Virus record (IMG/VR): IMGVR_UViG_3300023179_000011
Span: 96,001 to 160,000 of that record
Strand: one strand, 5' to 3'
Source of the DNA: a virus
Length of the DNA: 64,000 bases
The notes beneath the pieces were generated by a model. The model was not told the origin of the DNA and made no database searches. It worked only from the letters and a program-made list of their open reading frames with translations. The translations under genes and the position numbers were made by a program. This document shows positions 55,261 through 63,280 of the stretch, in pieces; the stretch's first letter is position 1, and every line of letters starts with the position of its first letter.

Positions 55261-56295
55261 TCAAAGAATCTTGGCGGCAATCAGACATCCGCGCGCAACA
55301 GCGTGCAGCGGATCTTTAGCGTGACGAACTTCTTTCACAGGAAGAGGGAAGCCGTTCTCTTCCAACTTCTTGGTGAACATTTCGACGAAGCCTTTTGCGC
55401 GCGTTGTGCCGCCGGCTACAGATATCAAAATCGGCTCTTTGAACTTTGGGAGCGCTTTGTGGTCGCGCAGCGCAGCAGCCAGCTGCTTCGTTGTATAGTC
55501 GATCAGACGCTCGTAGTACACGCTCACGGCGGCAAGAATCGCGTTGTCGCCCCCGCCCTCGCCGATGACAAACGTGCCGTGCTCTTTTTCCGCTTGCACG
55601 ACCGAATCCGGCTCGTTTGTTGCTACGGCCGTCATGCGATCGATCCAGTCGCCGGACTTCGTCGTCGAGAACAGCACTGTTGGCTCGCCGTTAAGCATCA
55701 CGCATACGTTCACCATGCCGGCGCCCCACGACAGGCCGATGCCGGTGTAATCGTCATGTTCCAGCTCTGAGTAGCACAGCGCCTCGGCTTCGTTAATAGC
55801 GCGTGCGGCGTAACCCTGCTCCGCCAGCACAGTGCGCACGACGTCTTCGTGGTACGCGACGTCAAAATCGTCGTCTTCTTGATCGACGGGCTGCGCCGGC
55901 ACGCAAAAGATCAGCTTTTCATTAGGCTGGCTCGCTGTTCCGACCACTTCCTTGAGAATAAACGCAAGTACGCGTTTCGCTTCTTTTTCCTTCGGGCTAA
56001 CCACGCCGCGAAACATAGGGCGCTTAGCCGAGTCATTGCGCTCGACGGCCTTCTCGATGGCGTCTTGGCCGAGAATGATAAAACTTCCGTCGGCGTCTTT
56101 AACGAAAACCTTGCCCTGCAGGCCCTTTTCGATCATTTTTGTGGCCACGGGTGTCGTCGGCTTGATGACGTAAAAAGCATCGCGAAAGTCTTTGTACTGC
56201 ACGTTGCCGACCACGTGAGGGTCGGTTGTAGAGTTTGCGGCGGCGTCTTGGGCCAGCACGATAAACGATGTTCCAACGTCGAGACCTTTGGCCAT
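55261..56295 (-). CDS. Actin-like ATPase (MreB/ParM/FtsA superfamily)
   Basis: Phosphate-1 'GLDVGTS', connect-1 'INEAEA', phosphate-2 'SWGAG', adenosine 'VAGGT'. Confidence 0.85.
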   Translation of the reverse strand: MAKGLDVGTSFIVLAQDAAANSTTDPHVVGNVQYKDFRDAFYVIKPTTPVATKMIEKGLQGKVFVKDADGSFIILGQDAIEKAVERNDSAKRPMFRGVVSPKEKEAKRVLAFILKEVVGTASQPNEKLIFCVPAQPVDQEDDDFDVAYHEDVVRTVLAEQGYAARAINEAEALCYSELEHDDYTGIGLSWGAGMVNVCVMLNGEPTVLFSTTKSGDWIDRMTAVATNEPDSVVQAEKEHGTFVIGEGGGDNAILAAVSVYYERLIDYTTKQLAAALRDHKALPKFKEPILISVAGGTTRAKGFVEMFTKKLEENGFPLPVKEVRHAKDPLHAVARGCLIAAKIL

Positions 56296-56297
56296 GA

Positions 56298-56648
56298 TTA
56301 CTTTCCTTTCAATTGCGCGAGCTTGGACACAGACAAACTAATATCATCCTGTGTTTGAATTGTTTTGCCAAGTTCGAGTTGTTGCGTTTTTTGTAAATTG
56401 CCGGTGTTAATTTCCCCGACATATTTCCCCGTGTCAATTTCGATCTTTGTTTTGCCGGTCGCGCTGTCTTTTTCTGTCATAGCTGCGCGCAACGTATTTG
56501 CCGCGGGGGCAAACGACATCGGCGCGTGTTCGCGCGTTACGGGTACGGCAAACCGCACAATCAGCAAATCTACGCGGCCAACAACATAACCAAACGCAAA
56601 ACTGAAAAAAACACAGAGAAAAATTGTAGAGTATGTCAGTGTCAACAT
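56298..56648 (-). CDS. Membrane-anchored protein upstream of the actin-like gene
   Basis: N-terminal TM 'TIFLCVFFSFAFGYVVG'; 2-nt gap to the actin-like gene. Confidence 0.65.
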   Translation of the reverse strand: MLTLTYSTIFLCVFFSFAFGYVVGRVDLLIVRFAVPVTREHAPMSFAPAANTLRAAMTEKDSATGKTKIEIDTGKYVGEINTGNLQKTQQLELGKTIQTQDDISLSVSKLAQLKGK

Positions 56649-57346
56649 GTTTCAGGCTTGCGCCATCCTCGGTGTGATTTGATGCGGCCCGCGTTTACGC
56701 TACGCATATGGCAATCGCGCAGGCCGTTATGGCGGCAGAAGTCCTTGAGATTGTGAATGATAACTAAATCACCGTCAGGATTAAGGAAGTTATACGTCTT
56801 GGCGTACTTCTCGCGGATGACGTTGCGACCACGAGCACGCAGTTCTTTCATCCGCTGTTCAGGAATCGCGTGCACACCTGTTTTCATCTCGACGGATTTA
56901 GTGCCGCCAATGCTGGCCCACTTTTGGCGAGTCTTGGCGTCCATGTTAGCAAAACCGGAGCCGCCGTTGTGCGAGCGTTGTTGGGCGATTTTGCGCTGCT
57001 CCGGCGTAAGCAAAAACCGCCCCGCTGCGTTGCGATTCAGGCACAACTCCGGGCCCAGATGCTCGGTATCGGCGTGCGCTGACTTAATCAAAAGCGTTTC
57101 GGCATCTGAAAGTTCTTTGGCTGCTTTTTTCGACTCGCGGCGATATTCAGCCTTCAAGATAACTTTAAGCGCGTCGCCCTGATACTCGTCGTGTGCTGCA
57201 TCGTTGTAATGCGCGAAAGTGACAGGAGAACCAAAGTACTGGTGATCTTCATCGGGCGAGCGGTCGGTGACGCGCGAGCCGTAATAAAACTTATACCCCA
57301 GCGACGGATACAAGATCACGTACAAATAGTACCAGCGTTTACGCAT
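56642..57346 (-). CDS. Free-standing GIY-YIG-like (Seg-type) homing endonuclease
   Basis: 'YYLYVI...FYYGSR...YFGS', 'LCLNRN', and a C-terminal NUMOD-like 'NLKDFCRHNGL...SHRGW'. Confidence 0.75.
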   Translation of the reverse strand: MRKRWYYLYVILYPSLGYKFYYGSRVTDRSPDEDHQYFGSPVTFAHYNDAAHDEYQGDALKVILKAEYRRESKKAAKELSDAETLLIKSAHADTEHLGPELCLNRNAAGRFLLTPEQRKIAQQRSHNGGSGFANMDAKTRQKWASIGGTKSVEMKTGVHAIPEQRMKELRARGRNVIREKYAKTYNFLNPDGDLVIIHNLKDFCRHNGLRDCHMRSVNAGRIKSHRGWRKPETC

Positions 57347-57419
57347 ACACTGAATCCGTTCAGCGCGAGTTTTCAGCCAAATCCTTTTGACTGCCGGTGT
57401 TTTAATTACCGGGCTGGAA

Positions 57420-57569
57420 CTATTTTAACAATTTGTGCGCGATAGTCGAAACTACCGTATATGTAAGCGCGATTGCAATTAACCACAAAATAGAGATTAC
57501 AACGCGCCGCATACGCATGTTTGTATGCCAATAACGCGCCCGGATTTCGTCAGGGTCGTGCAGTTGCAT
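57420..57569 (-). CDS. Small membrane protein (49 aa, not in the ORF track)
   Basis: MQLHDPDEIRARYWHTNMRMRRVVISILWLIAIALTYTVVSTIAHKLLK: one TM helix; fills the gap. Confidence 0.5.
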   Translation of the reverse strand: MQLHDPDEIRARYWHTNMRMRRVVISILWLIAIALTYTVVSTIAHKLLK

Positions 57570-57640
57570 AAGTTGCGCGTCGAGAGCAGTTTGATCTGCG
57601 TCAGTTTGAATTACTCACGGTTCCCAAGGCATATAGAGGC

Positions 57641-58129
57641 TCACACTTCGATTTTTTTTCCGTCGCGTAACACAAAGATACCCAGCTTTTCTTCCAGTCG
57701 GCGATACACAACACCGGCCTCACGAAACATCTCGTCGCCGCGGTCGCAGCTCTCTTGCCAAGCGCCGTGCGCCGGCGGATGAGCTAGCCCGATCACTTCA
57801 GTAATCCCGGCACAGATAATTGCCCGCGCACAATCGGCGCATGCAAACCACGGGCAGTACAGCGTGGCGTGTTTTGTCGGCATTCCCAGTTTTGCCGCGT
57901 GATAAATAACATTACGCTCGGCGTGCTCGATGTAGGCGTACTTCAACGGGCGCTGCAGACGGTCATCGTTCTTTTTAACGGAGGCCGGCAAACAGTTCGC
58001 GGCGGAAACAATATCGCCGCGCGTGGTCACTAGCACCGCGCCGTTCTGCGTGTGAATATCATCAGCCTGCCTAGTTGCAACGTGGCAGGCAATACGAAGA
58101 TAAAACAAAGGATCAATGATGTTTGGCAT
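57641..58129 (-). CDS. dCMP deaminase
   Basis: 'HAERNVI' and 'PWFACADCARAI' zinc-dependent deaminase motifs. Confidence 0.9.
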   Translation of the reverse strand: MPNIIDPLFYLRIACHVATRQADDIHTQNGAVLVTTRGDIVSAANCLPASVKKNDDRLQRPLKYAYIEHAERNVIYHAAKLGMPTKHATLYCPWFACADCARAIICAGITEVIGLAHPPAHGAWQESCDRGDEMFREAGVVYRRLEEKLGIFVLRDGKKIEV

Positions 58130-58308
58130 CGTTGTAATAAATGCGGGCTGAATACTGGCAGCAGGACCGCTCGTGTCCCGCTTGTGCTCGTGTGTCGTTG
58201 GGGCGAAGGAGGCGCTTGGAAACGTTTGAAACCCGGCAACCAGTATCCGGCACCACGGCTAACCAAGTGTGGTGCAAACACCGGGAGGACAACCGGTGTT
58301 TTGCGGCG

Positions 58309-58845
58309 TCACGTCCGGTCTGGCGCAGAACGGGCGGGAGTGACCCGCTCGCAGCGCATTCCGGCTACCATGCCGCAACTCTCCCGCGTGTATGTATCTG
58401 TTGACTTATAAGTCATCAAAATCCGCCGCATCTTTTCGCAATCTTCGTAGCTGTCTTCGAGCTGGTTTTCATAAAAGATCGTGAGGTACGCGGCAACGGT
58501 GGGATGCGCGCCAGACAACGAGTCAAGCTCGTTAATACGTTTGGCGTAGTTGTCAGCCACCTCGGTTTCCATCTGGATAGCGCGGTCCAAGATATCGCTG
58601 ATATTTGTGTACCGCGGAAAACTGTGGTCATCGGCAGTGGGCAGCTCGTAGTTCAAACCAAACAAGCGATGCGTGAATTGTAAGACATGCTCTAGCTCGC
58701 CCTTAGCCGCTTCGTGTAAAAACTCGCGATACTCTTCGGCGTGTAGGCCGGTCACAGCGCCGGCGTGGTACAAATAAAACTTCAAATGCGTCCACTCATT
58801 GCGCAAATCCGAGTTCATCTTCTCGATAAATTCTAGCAGAGTCAT
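58309..58845 (-). CDS. Ferritin / bacterioferritin-like di-iron protein
   Basis: 'LRNEW', 'GELEH', 'QMETEV...Y', 'EDSYED' follow the four-helix di-iron ligand spacing. Confidence 0.8.
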   Translation of the reverse strand: MTLLEFIEKMNSDLRNEWTHLKFYLYHAGAVTGLHAEEYREFLHEAAKGELEHVLQFTHRLFGLNYELPTADDHSFPRYTNISDILDRAIQMETEVADNYAKRINELDSLSGAHPTVAAYLTIFYENQLEDSYEDCEKMRRILMTYKSTDTYTRESCGMVAGMRCERVTPARSAPDRT

Positions 58846-59423
58846 AACGATTGCTCCTTCAGGTAAGCCGCAAGCCGTTCAGCCTGCGGTGTTTCTTCTT
58901 TAATGATTTGCTCGTAGCAGACCGCGCCGTACTGCCGAAAGATCTGCACGTTGTTTACAAACCAGCCCATATGGTAACCAGCCCGCATAAAGTTGACTAG
59001 ATGAATTGTCGCCTCTTCGTCATACACATAGTTGTGACAGCCGAACTTGTGCGCCCAGTATTCGCGCGGTTGGCAGTTAATATGTCCATGTCCGCCTTGG
59101 CCGGGTTGTGCTGCGCTAAAAATAATCGTAGGCGCCGTCTGCACTAACTTTTGCACAAACAGATCGGCCAGTTCGGGGTTAATGTGCTCGGCAACTTCTA
59201 AACACAAGCAGATGTCGTAACCCCGGCATGTGTCGAACTGCGGGTCGAACACGCTGAACTTGTCGTGCGGGGAGCGTGGATCTGGATCGATACCGTCGAC
59301 GATAAAGCCAGCCGCTCGGAGGGCGTCGACATAGATACCGGGGCCGCAACCGACGTCAATAATTTTCATGCCGCCGACTATACCGCGCGGTATCACGCCG
59401 CGCAATACAGCCCGCGCAAACAC
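58842..59423 (-). CDS. Class I SAM-dependent methyltransferase
   Basis: 'IIDVGCGPG', 'GIDP', 'CLEVAEHI', 'GHGHINCQ'. Confidence 0.85.
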   Translation of the reverse strand: MFARAVLRGVIPRGIVGGMKIIDVGCGPGIYVDALRAAGFIVDGIDPDPRSPHDKFSVFDPQFDTCRGYDICLCLEVAEHINPELADLFVQKLVQTAPTIIFSAAQPGQGGHGHINCQPREYWAHKFGCHNYVYDEEATIHLVNFMRAGYHMGWFVNNVQIFRQYGAVCYEQIIKEETPQAERLAAYLKEQSL

Positions 59424-59424
59424 G

Positions 59425-60132
59425 CTACAGCTTTTTTAAGATCGCTGCCACAAGCGGATGACGCACGACGTCAGAGTGGGCAAATTGCACAATATCAATG
59501 CCGGCGATGCCCTTGAGTTTCGTAACAACTTCATTCATGGGCGGCGGCGAAATCGGCAAGTCTGTTTGCTGCGGATCGCCCGTCACAATGATCTTCGAGT
59601 TCTGGCCGAAGCGCGACAAAAACAGCTTGAACTGCGTGTACGTGGCGTTCTGCGCCTCGTCAAATACGCAGATCGAATCATTGAACGTGCGGCCGCGTAG
59701 ATAACATAACGGCGCCAGCACAATAGCTTTGTTTACAAACTCGCGTTTGGGGCCAAACTTGCCCAAGAGCACGTCCATGGTGTCGTACAGCGGCTGCATG
59801 TACGGATTGACTTTCTCGCCAAACGAACCGGGGAGATAGCCAAGCTTTTCGCCGGCGTCTACGATTGGCCGGGTGAGCACGATTGAGGCGGCACGTCGGG
59901 CCAGCACCTCATTGATAGCAAAAGCCATTGCCAGAAACGTCTTGCCAGAGCCGGCGGAGCCCAGCAAGAACGTGATGTCATTATCGTTTAGTGCCTTCCA
60001 TGCACGGCGCTGTGTTTCAGTGCGCCACTCAATTTCGCAGGGCGTCAGCGGGGCTTTTGCTTTTTCTTGTTGTTCCTGTCGTTTCTTAGATTTTTTTTCG
60101 GCTCTTCGCGCATTCCGTTGCTTGGCAGCCAT
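59425..60132 (-). CDS. phoH: PhoH-like ATPase
   Basis: 'GSAGSGKT', 'LGYLPGSFGEK', 'YLRGRTF', 'DEAQN', 'GDPQQTD'. Confidence 0.95.
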   Translation of the reverse strand: MAAKQRNARRAEKKSKKRQEQQEKAKAPLTPCEIEWRTETQRRAWKALNDNDITFLLGSAGSGKTFLAMAFAINEVLARRAASIVLTRPIVDAGEKLGYLPGSFGEKVNPYMQPLYDTMDVLLGKFGPKREFVNKAIVLAPLCYLRGRTFNDSICVFDEAQNATYTQFKLFLSRFGQNSKIIVTGDPQQTDLPISPPPMNEVVTKLKGIAGIDIVQFAHSDVVRHPLVAAILKKL

Positions 60133-60166
60133 AACGACTCGCTTTCAAGTTGTGTTGCCGACCTCG

Positions 60167-62482
60167 CTATTCGTAGTAAAAAGGATTACGAACATTTGGA
60201 ACATACGAACGCGCTGTTTGGGCAGCGTTGGTTACCCCGCGCCGCACATCATTTGCTGTATTTACGACCGCATTCCGTGCCGTACCGTATGCGGTTCCCG
60301 CGGCGTCGCCAATCGCTGCGCCGGTGTTGTGAATGCCTTGGCCGATTGCTTGCGGAACTGCCGCGGCAGCTTGCGCGGCGTTATTTACACCACGCCGCAC
60401 ATCATTGGCTGTGTTTACAACAGCGTTGCGTGCCGCGCCATATGCTGTTCCCGCGGCGTTGCCAATTGCAGCGCCGGTGTCGTGAATGCCTTGCGCGGCG
60501 GCGGCGCCTGTATTGTAAATACCGCGGCCGGCGGCCATTGGTACTGCCGCAACAGCTTCACCAACACCCGAACCGAATTGCTGCGCCGAGCTAATGTACG
60601 GATCCACGACAGGTGCTGTAGCGCGATACGCACCATACGTCGCGCCGGCAGCAATCGGCACGGCGGTCGCAGTGCGGGCGGCGTTCATCATTGTGCTGCC
60701 CGGAACCTGTGTGCCAGCCCAGCGAGCGACGTTTCCGGCGCCACGGGCAACCTGACCGGCGCCGTACATACCGGCGCCCGTTGCCGCGCGAATGCCGCCA
60801 CCGACAGCGTTACCTACGCCGCCGCGCATCATTTGTTGCGCCCCGCCGCGAGCCATCTGCGCGCCGCGATTTACGGCAGCCGAGCCCAGCTCGCCGGCCG
60901 CGGCGCCTGTCGCACGACTTATCGTGCGCGCCGTACCAGCCATGGCGCGGCCGCCCCCGCGGGCCGTCGCGCCGAGACCTTTGCCGAGAGCTTTGACACC
61001 AGCAGTAAAAAGACTGCTCTCTTTTTCACCGTGCGACTGCTGCGCGTTTGTTGCGTCTGTCGGCACAGGACTGAGCGCCGAGCGTTGCTTGTCGTCAATG
61101 ATCTTATTGCTGCCGCGCGCACTCGGCGTGCAGCTCATTTCCGTTGTGCCGCGAGGCGCACTGGAGCGCGCTTTTTTCTCTTTCTTATCTTTCTTCTTGC
61201 TGCCGACCGGGCGACACGAATCATTGCTGTAGGGCTTTTTGCCCGGCACCGGCTCATACCCTGTCCAGCACCGACCAGCTGCTTTGCCGAACTCTAGCGC
61301 CGAGCCCTGCTTGATACCCGTTGTGCTCGCGTTTTGCAGCTGCGGCATGAGCTGTTCAATGATATTTCTATTGTGGGTCAAAAAGTCGTACATCTGCCGC
61401 GCTTGTCCGCTGCTCATGTTGGGATCCCGTCCCATAAGCATCGTGGCGCCGAACTCGGGGCTCAGCTGGCTTAGAGCGTTGATTTGATCCATCGGGCCGC
61501 GGCCGCCGCCCAACATGCTGTACAAGCCGTTGGCGCCCTGACCAACCATCCGGCGTGCGCCGTCGCCAAACATGCCAGCTCCGGCGGCGCCCAGACCAGC
61601 TGCGCCAAGGCCCAGCGCGCCAAGACCCGCGCCTAAACCGGTGTTCCCGCGGCCGCCCATGAACGCGCCGGCGAGCGCCAGCGGAACACCGGCGCCAATT
61701 GCGTAACGCGCCTCGATCGGCAGGCTGTTCCACATGCCCATCAAGCCGCCGTTATTGGGATTCGCTTCGGCGTGCTGCGCAGTAGACATCTGTGTATTCA
61801 TCTGCTGCGCGCCAATATTTTCTGCCGTCGGTTCGCTGCCGATGCCCATAGCTTTGCCGGCGTAGTGCATGCCAGCTGCGCCTGCGCCCGCACCGACCGC
61901 TAAATTCAGTGGATTGCGCGCGTTTGTCATTGCGGACGAGCCGCCGCCCATCCACTCAGGAAGGTGCTTCGCGGCGGCTTGTGTGCGACCGATCGTGCGA
62001 TCGCCCCAACGTTGGCCTGCCGGCACCGCGGCGTCACTCATGAAACTAGAGACAAAATCGTCAGCACGATTCAGACCGCGGCGCATGGTATTCATCGTGC
62101 GTTGACCAAGACCGCCAACAGCGTCAACCGCTTGGCCGGCGAGTCGTCCGGGCGTGCCGTGATACAACGACGCGGCCTGCCCTTGGGCTGCGCGAGCCGC
62201 CGCGTCAAGACGGCTTGGCCCTGTCGGTTTCGCGGTGAGGGGCACAGCTTTGTAACGGTCTTTGAGCGGAATGGTCAGCGGATCGACTACGTTTTGGCGC
62301 ATGCCGCGTTGATAACCACGTGTGGCGCTCGTGCCGCGATTGACGAGTTGTTTTCCGCCGCGCACAGCGTCATCGGCAAGACCTGTTACGGCTTTGGTCC
62401 CGGCGCCAAGAATATCGCGCAGTAACTTATTTGCTTCTTTTTCGTGCCCGCCGATGTGTTGACCAAACTCATATGCGTTCAT
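60167..62482 (-). CDS. Large Gly/Ala-rich putative internal head polyprotein
   Basis: MNAYEFG...EKEA N-terminus, glycine zippers, a 'CWTGYEPVPGKKPYSNDSC' module and a C-terminal tandem repeat. Confidence 0.65.
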   Translation of the reverse strand: MNAYEFGQHIGGHEKEANKLLRDILGAGTKAVTGLADDAVRGGKQLVNRGTSATRGYQRGMRQNVVDPLTIPLKDRYKAVPLTAKPTGPSRLDAAARAAQGQAASLYHGTPGRLAGQAVDAVGGLGQRTMNTMRRGLNRADDFVSSFMSDAAVPAGQRWGDRTIGRTQAAAKHLPEWMGGGSSAMTNARNPLNLAVGAGAGAAGMHYAGKAMGIGSEPTAENIGAQQMNTQMSTAQHAEANPNNGGLMGMWNSLPIEARYAIGAGVPLALAGAFMGGRGNTGLGAGLGALGLGAAGLGAAGAGMFGDGARRMVGQGANGLYSMLGGGRGPMDQINALSQLSPEFGATMLMGRDPNMSSGQARQMYDFLTHNRNIIEQLMPQLQNASTTGIKQGSALEFGKAAGRCWTGYEPVPGKKPYSNDSCRPVGSKKKDKKEKKARSSAPRGTTEMSCTPSARGSNKIIDDKQRSALSPVPTDATNAQQSHGEKESSLFTAGVKALGKGLGATARGGGRAMAGTARTISRATGAAAGELGSAAVNRGAQMARGGAQQMMRGGVGNAVGGGIRAATGAGMYGAGQVARGAGNVARWAGTQVPGSTMMNAARTATAVPIAAGATYGAYRATAPVVDPYISSAQQFGSGVGEAVAAVPMAAGRGIYNTGAAAAQGIHDTGAAIGNAAGTAYGAARNAVVNTANDVRRGVNNAAQAAAAVPQAIGQGIHNTGAAIGDAAGTAYGTARNAVVNTANDVRRGVTNAAQTARSYVPNVRNPFYYE
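60212..60560 (-). repeat. Intragenic tandem repeat, 153-bp (51-aa) period, about 2.3 copies
   Basis: CGCCGCACATCATT occurs at 60240 and 60393; protein unit '...GIHNTGAAIGxAAGTAYGxARNAVVNTANDVRRGVxNAAQxA'. Confidence 0.85.
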
Positions 62483-62630
62483 GAGTGTTCTCTTCCTGTT
62501 TTGTTATTTGTGTTGGCGCTGGATAACTACACCGACCGCCTTCGCAACATGTTTCCAAAATAATGTGACAGAACGGACATACCAGCTTGCCGCGAATTTC
62601 AATGCCGCGGCTTTCACACTGCGGGCACAT
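62469..62630 (-). CDS. Small Cys-rich zinc-ribbon protein (53 aa, not in the ORF track)
   Basis: ATG overlaps the upstream stop (TAATG); MCPQCESRGIEIRGKLVCPFCHIILETCCEGGRC... Confidence 0.75.
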   Translation of the reverse strand: MCPQCESRGIEIRGKLVCPFCHIILETCCEGGRCSYPAPTQITKQEENTHERI

Positions 62631-63262
62631 TACCACTCAAACTCCACCGGCTTGCGCGTCTTATAGCTGAAGTTAACATCGAGTGGCGATTGAAAGCGCA
62701 CGTTAGGTAGCGGAAGTTTGGGCGCCACGGCAGCGGTACCGCCGAGCAGTCCAGCCGCCGCAAGTGTCGGAACGCCGAGCGGAGCATCGCCTACTGCGCG
62801 CACACCCTTACCAACAGCCTGCAGCCCCTCGCCGGCTAGGTTCACCGCATGCCCGGCGCCGCGTACCGCAGAGCCGCCTAGTCTCATGCCGTGACCAAGC
62901 ACGCCGCGAATATCGCGGGTCGTGCGCGTGCTGCCGCTACCAATGTTGTTAATCATGCGCTTACCGGTCGTCTGCATGCCGCGACCTGTGCCCAATAGCA
63001 AGCCGCCAAGACCAGTCGAGTTACCAAGGCTAGTCCCGTCTTTAGGGCTGAACGTGGGCCGAGCCTTCGAGCCGACAATCTCGCCGGCGCCCTGTATGCC
63101 TCGGCCGAAACCTTTGACGACGCTCTGCGCGCCCCGATTGATCGTCTGCGCCCCACGGCCGATGCCAGACGCCGCGTTGGCAAGCCTCGCAACAATCTTT
63201 TCAAACCCGCCCGCCTGTTTTTCTAGCCGGCCGACGCTGTATCCAAACTCATACGCGTTCAT
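62630..63262 (-). CDS. Gly-rich putative internal head protein
   Basis: MNAYEFGYSVGRLEKQA N-terminus, then a basic Gly-rich body; AAGGAG ribosome-binding site. Confidence 0.65.
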   Translation of the reverse strand: MNAYEFGYSVGRLEKQAGGFEKIVARLANAASGIGRGAQTINRGAQSVVKGFGRGIQGAGEIVGSKARPTFSPKDGTSLGNSTGLGGLLLGTGRGMQTTGKRMINNIGSGSTRTTRDIRGVLGHGMRLGGSAVRGAGHAVNLAGEGLQAVGKGVRAVGDAPLGVPTLAAAGLLGGTAAVAPKLPLPNVRFQSPLDVNFSYKTRKPVEFEW

Positions 63263-63280
63263 GCTTACTGCTCCTTGATA

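Noticed and set aside
57570-57630. In-frame ATG-CCT-TGG-GAA-CCG-TGA upstream of the 49-aa TM ORF, suggesting TGA readthrough or recoding
   Set aside because: TGA, TAA and TAG all terminate well-defined genes elsewhere in the window, and a single case is expected by chance.
58402-58415. Perfect 14-bp palindrome TGACTTATAAGTCA
   Set aside because: About four such palindromes are expected by chance in 64 kb (64000/4^7), and I saw no second copy.
59873-61297. 474-aa plus-strand Cys/Arg-rich ORF
   Set aside because: Antisense to the Ala/Gly-rich repeat gene; its composition is the reverse complement of Ala codons.
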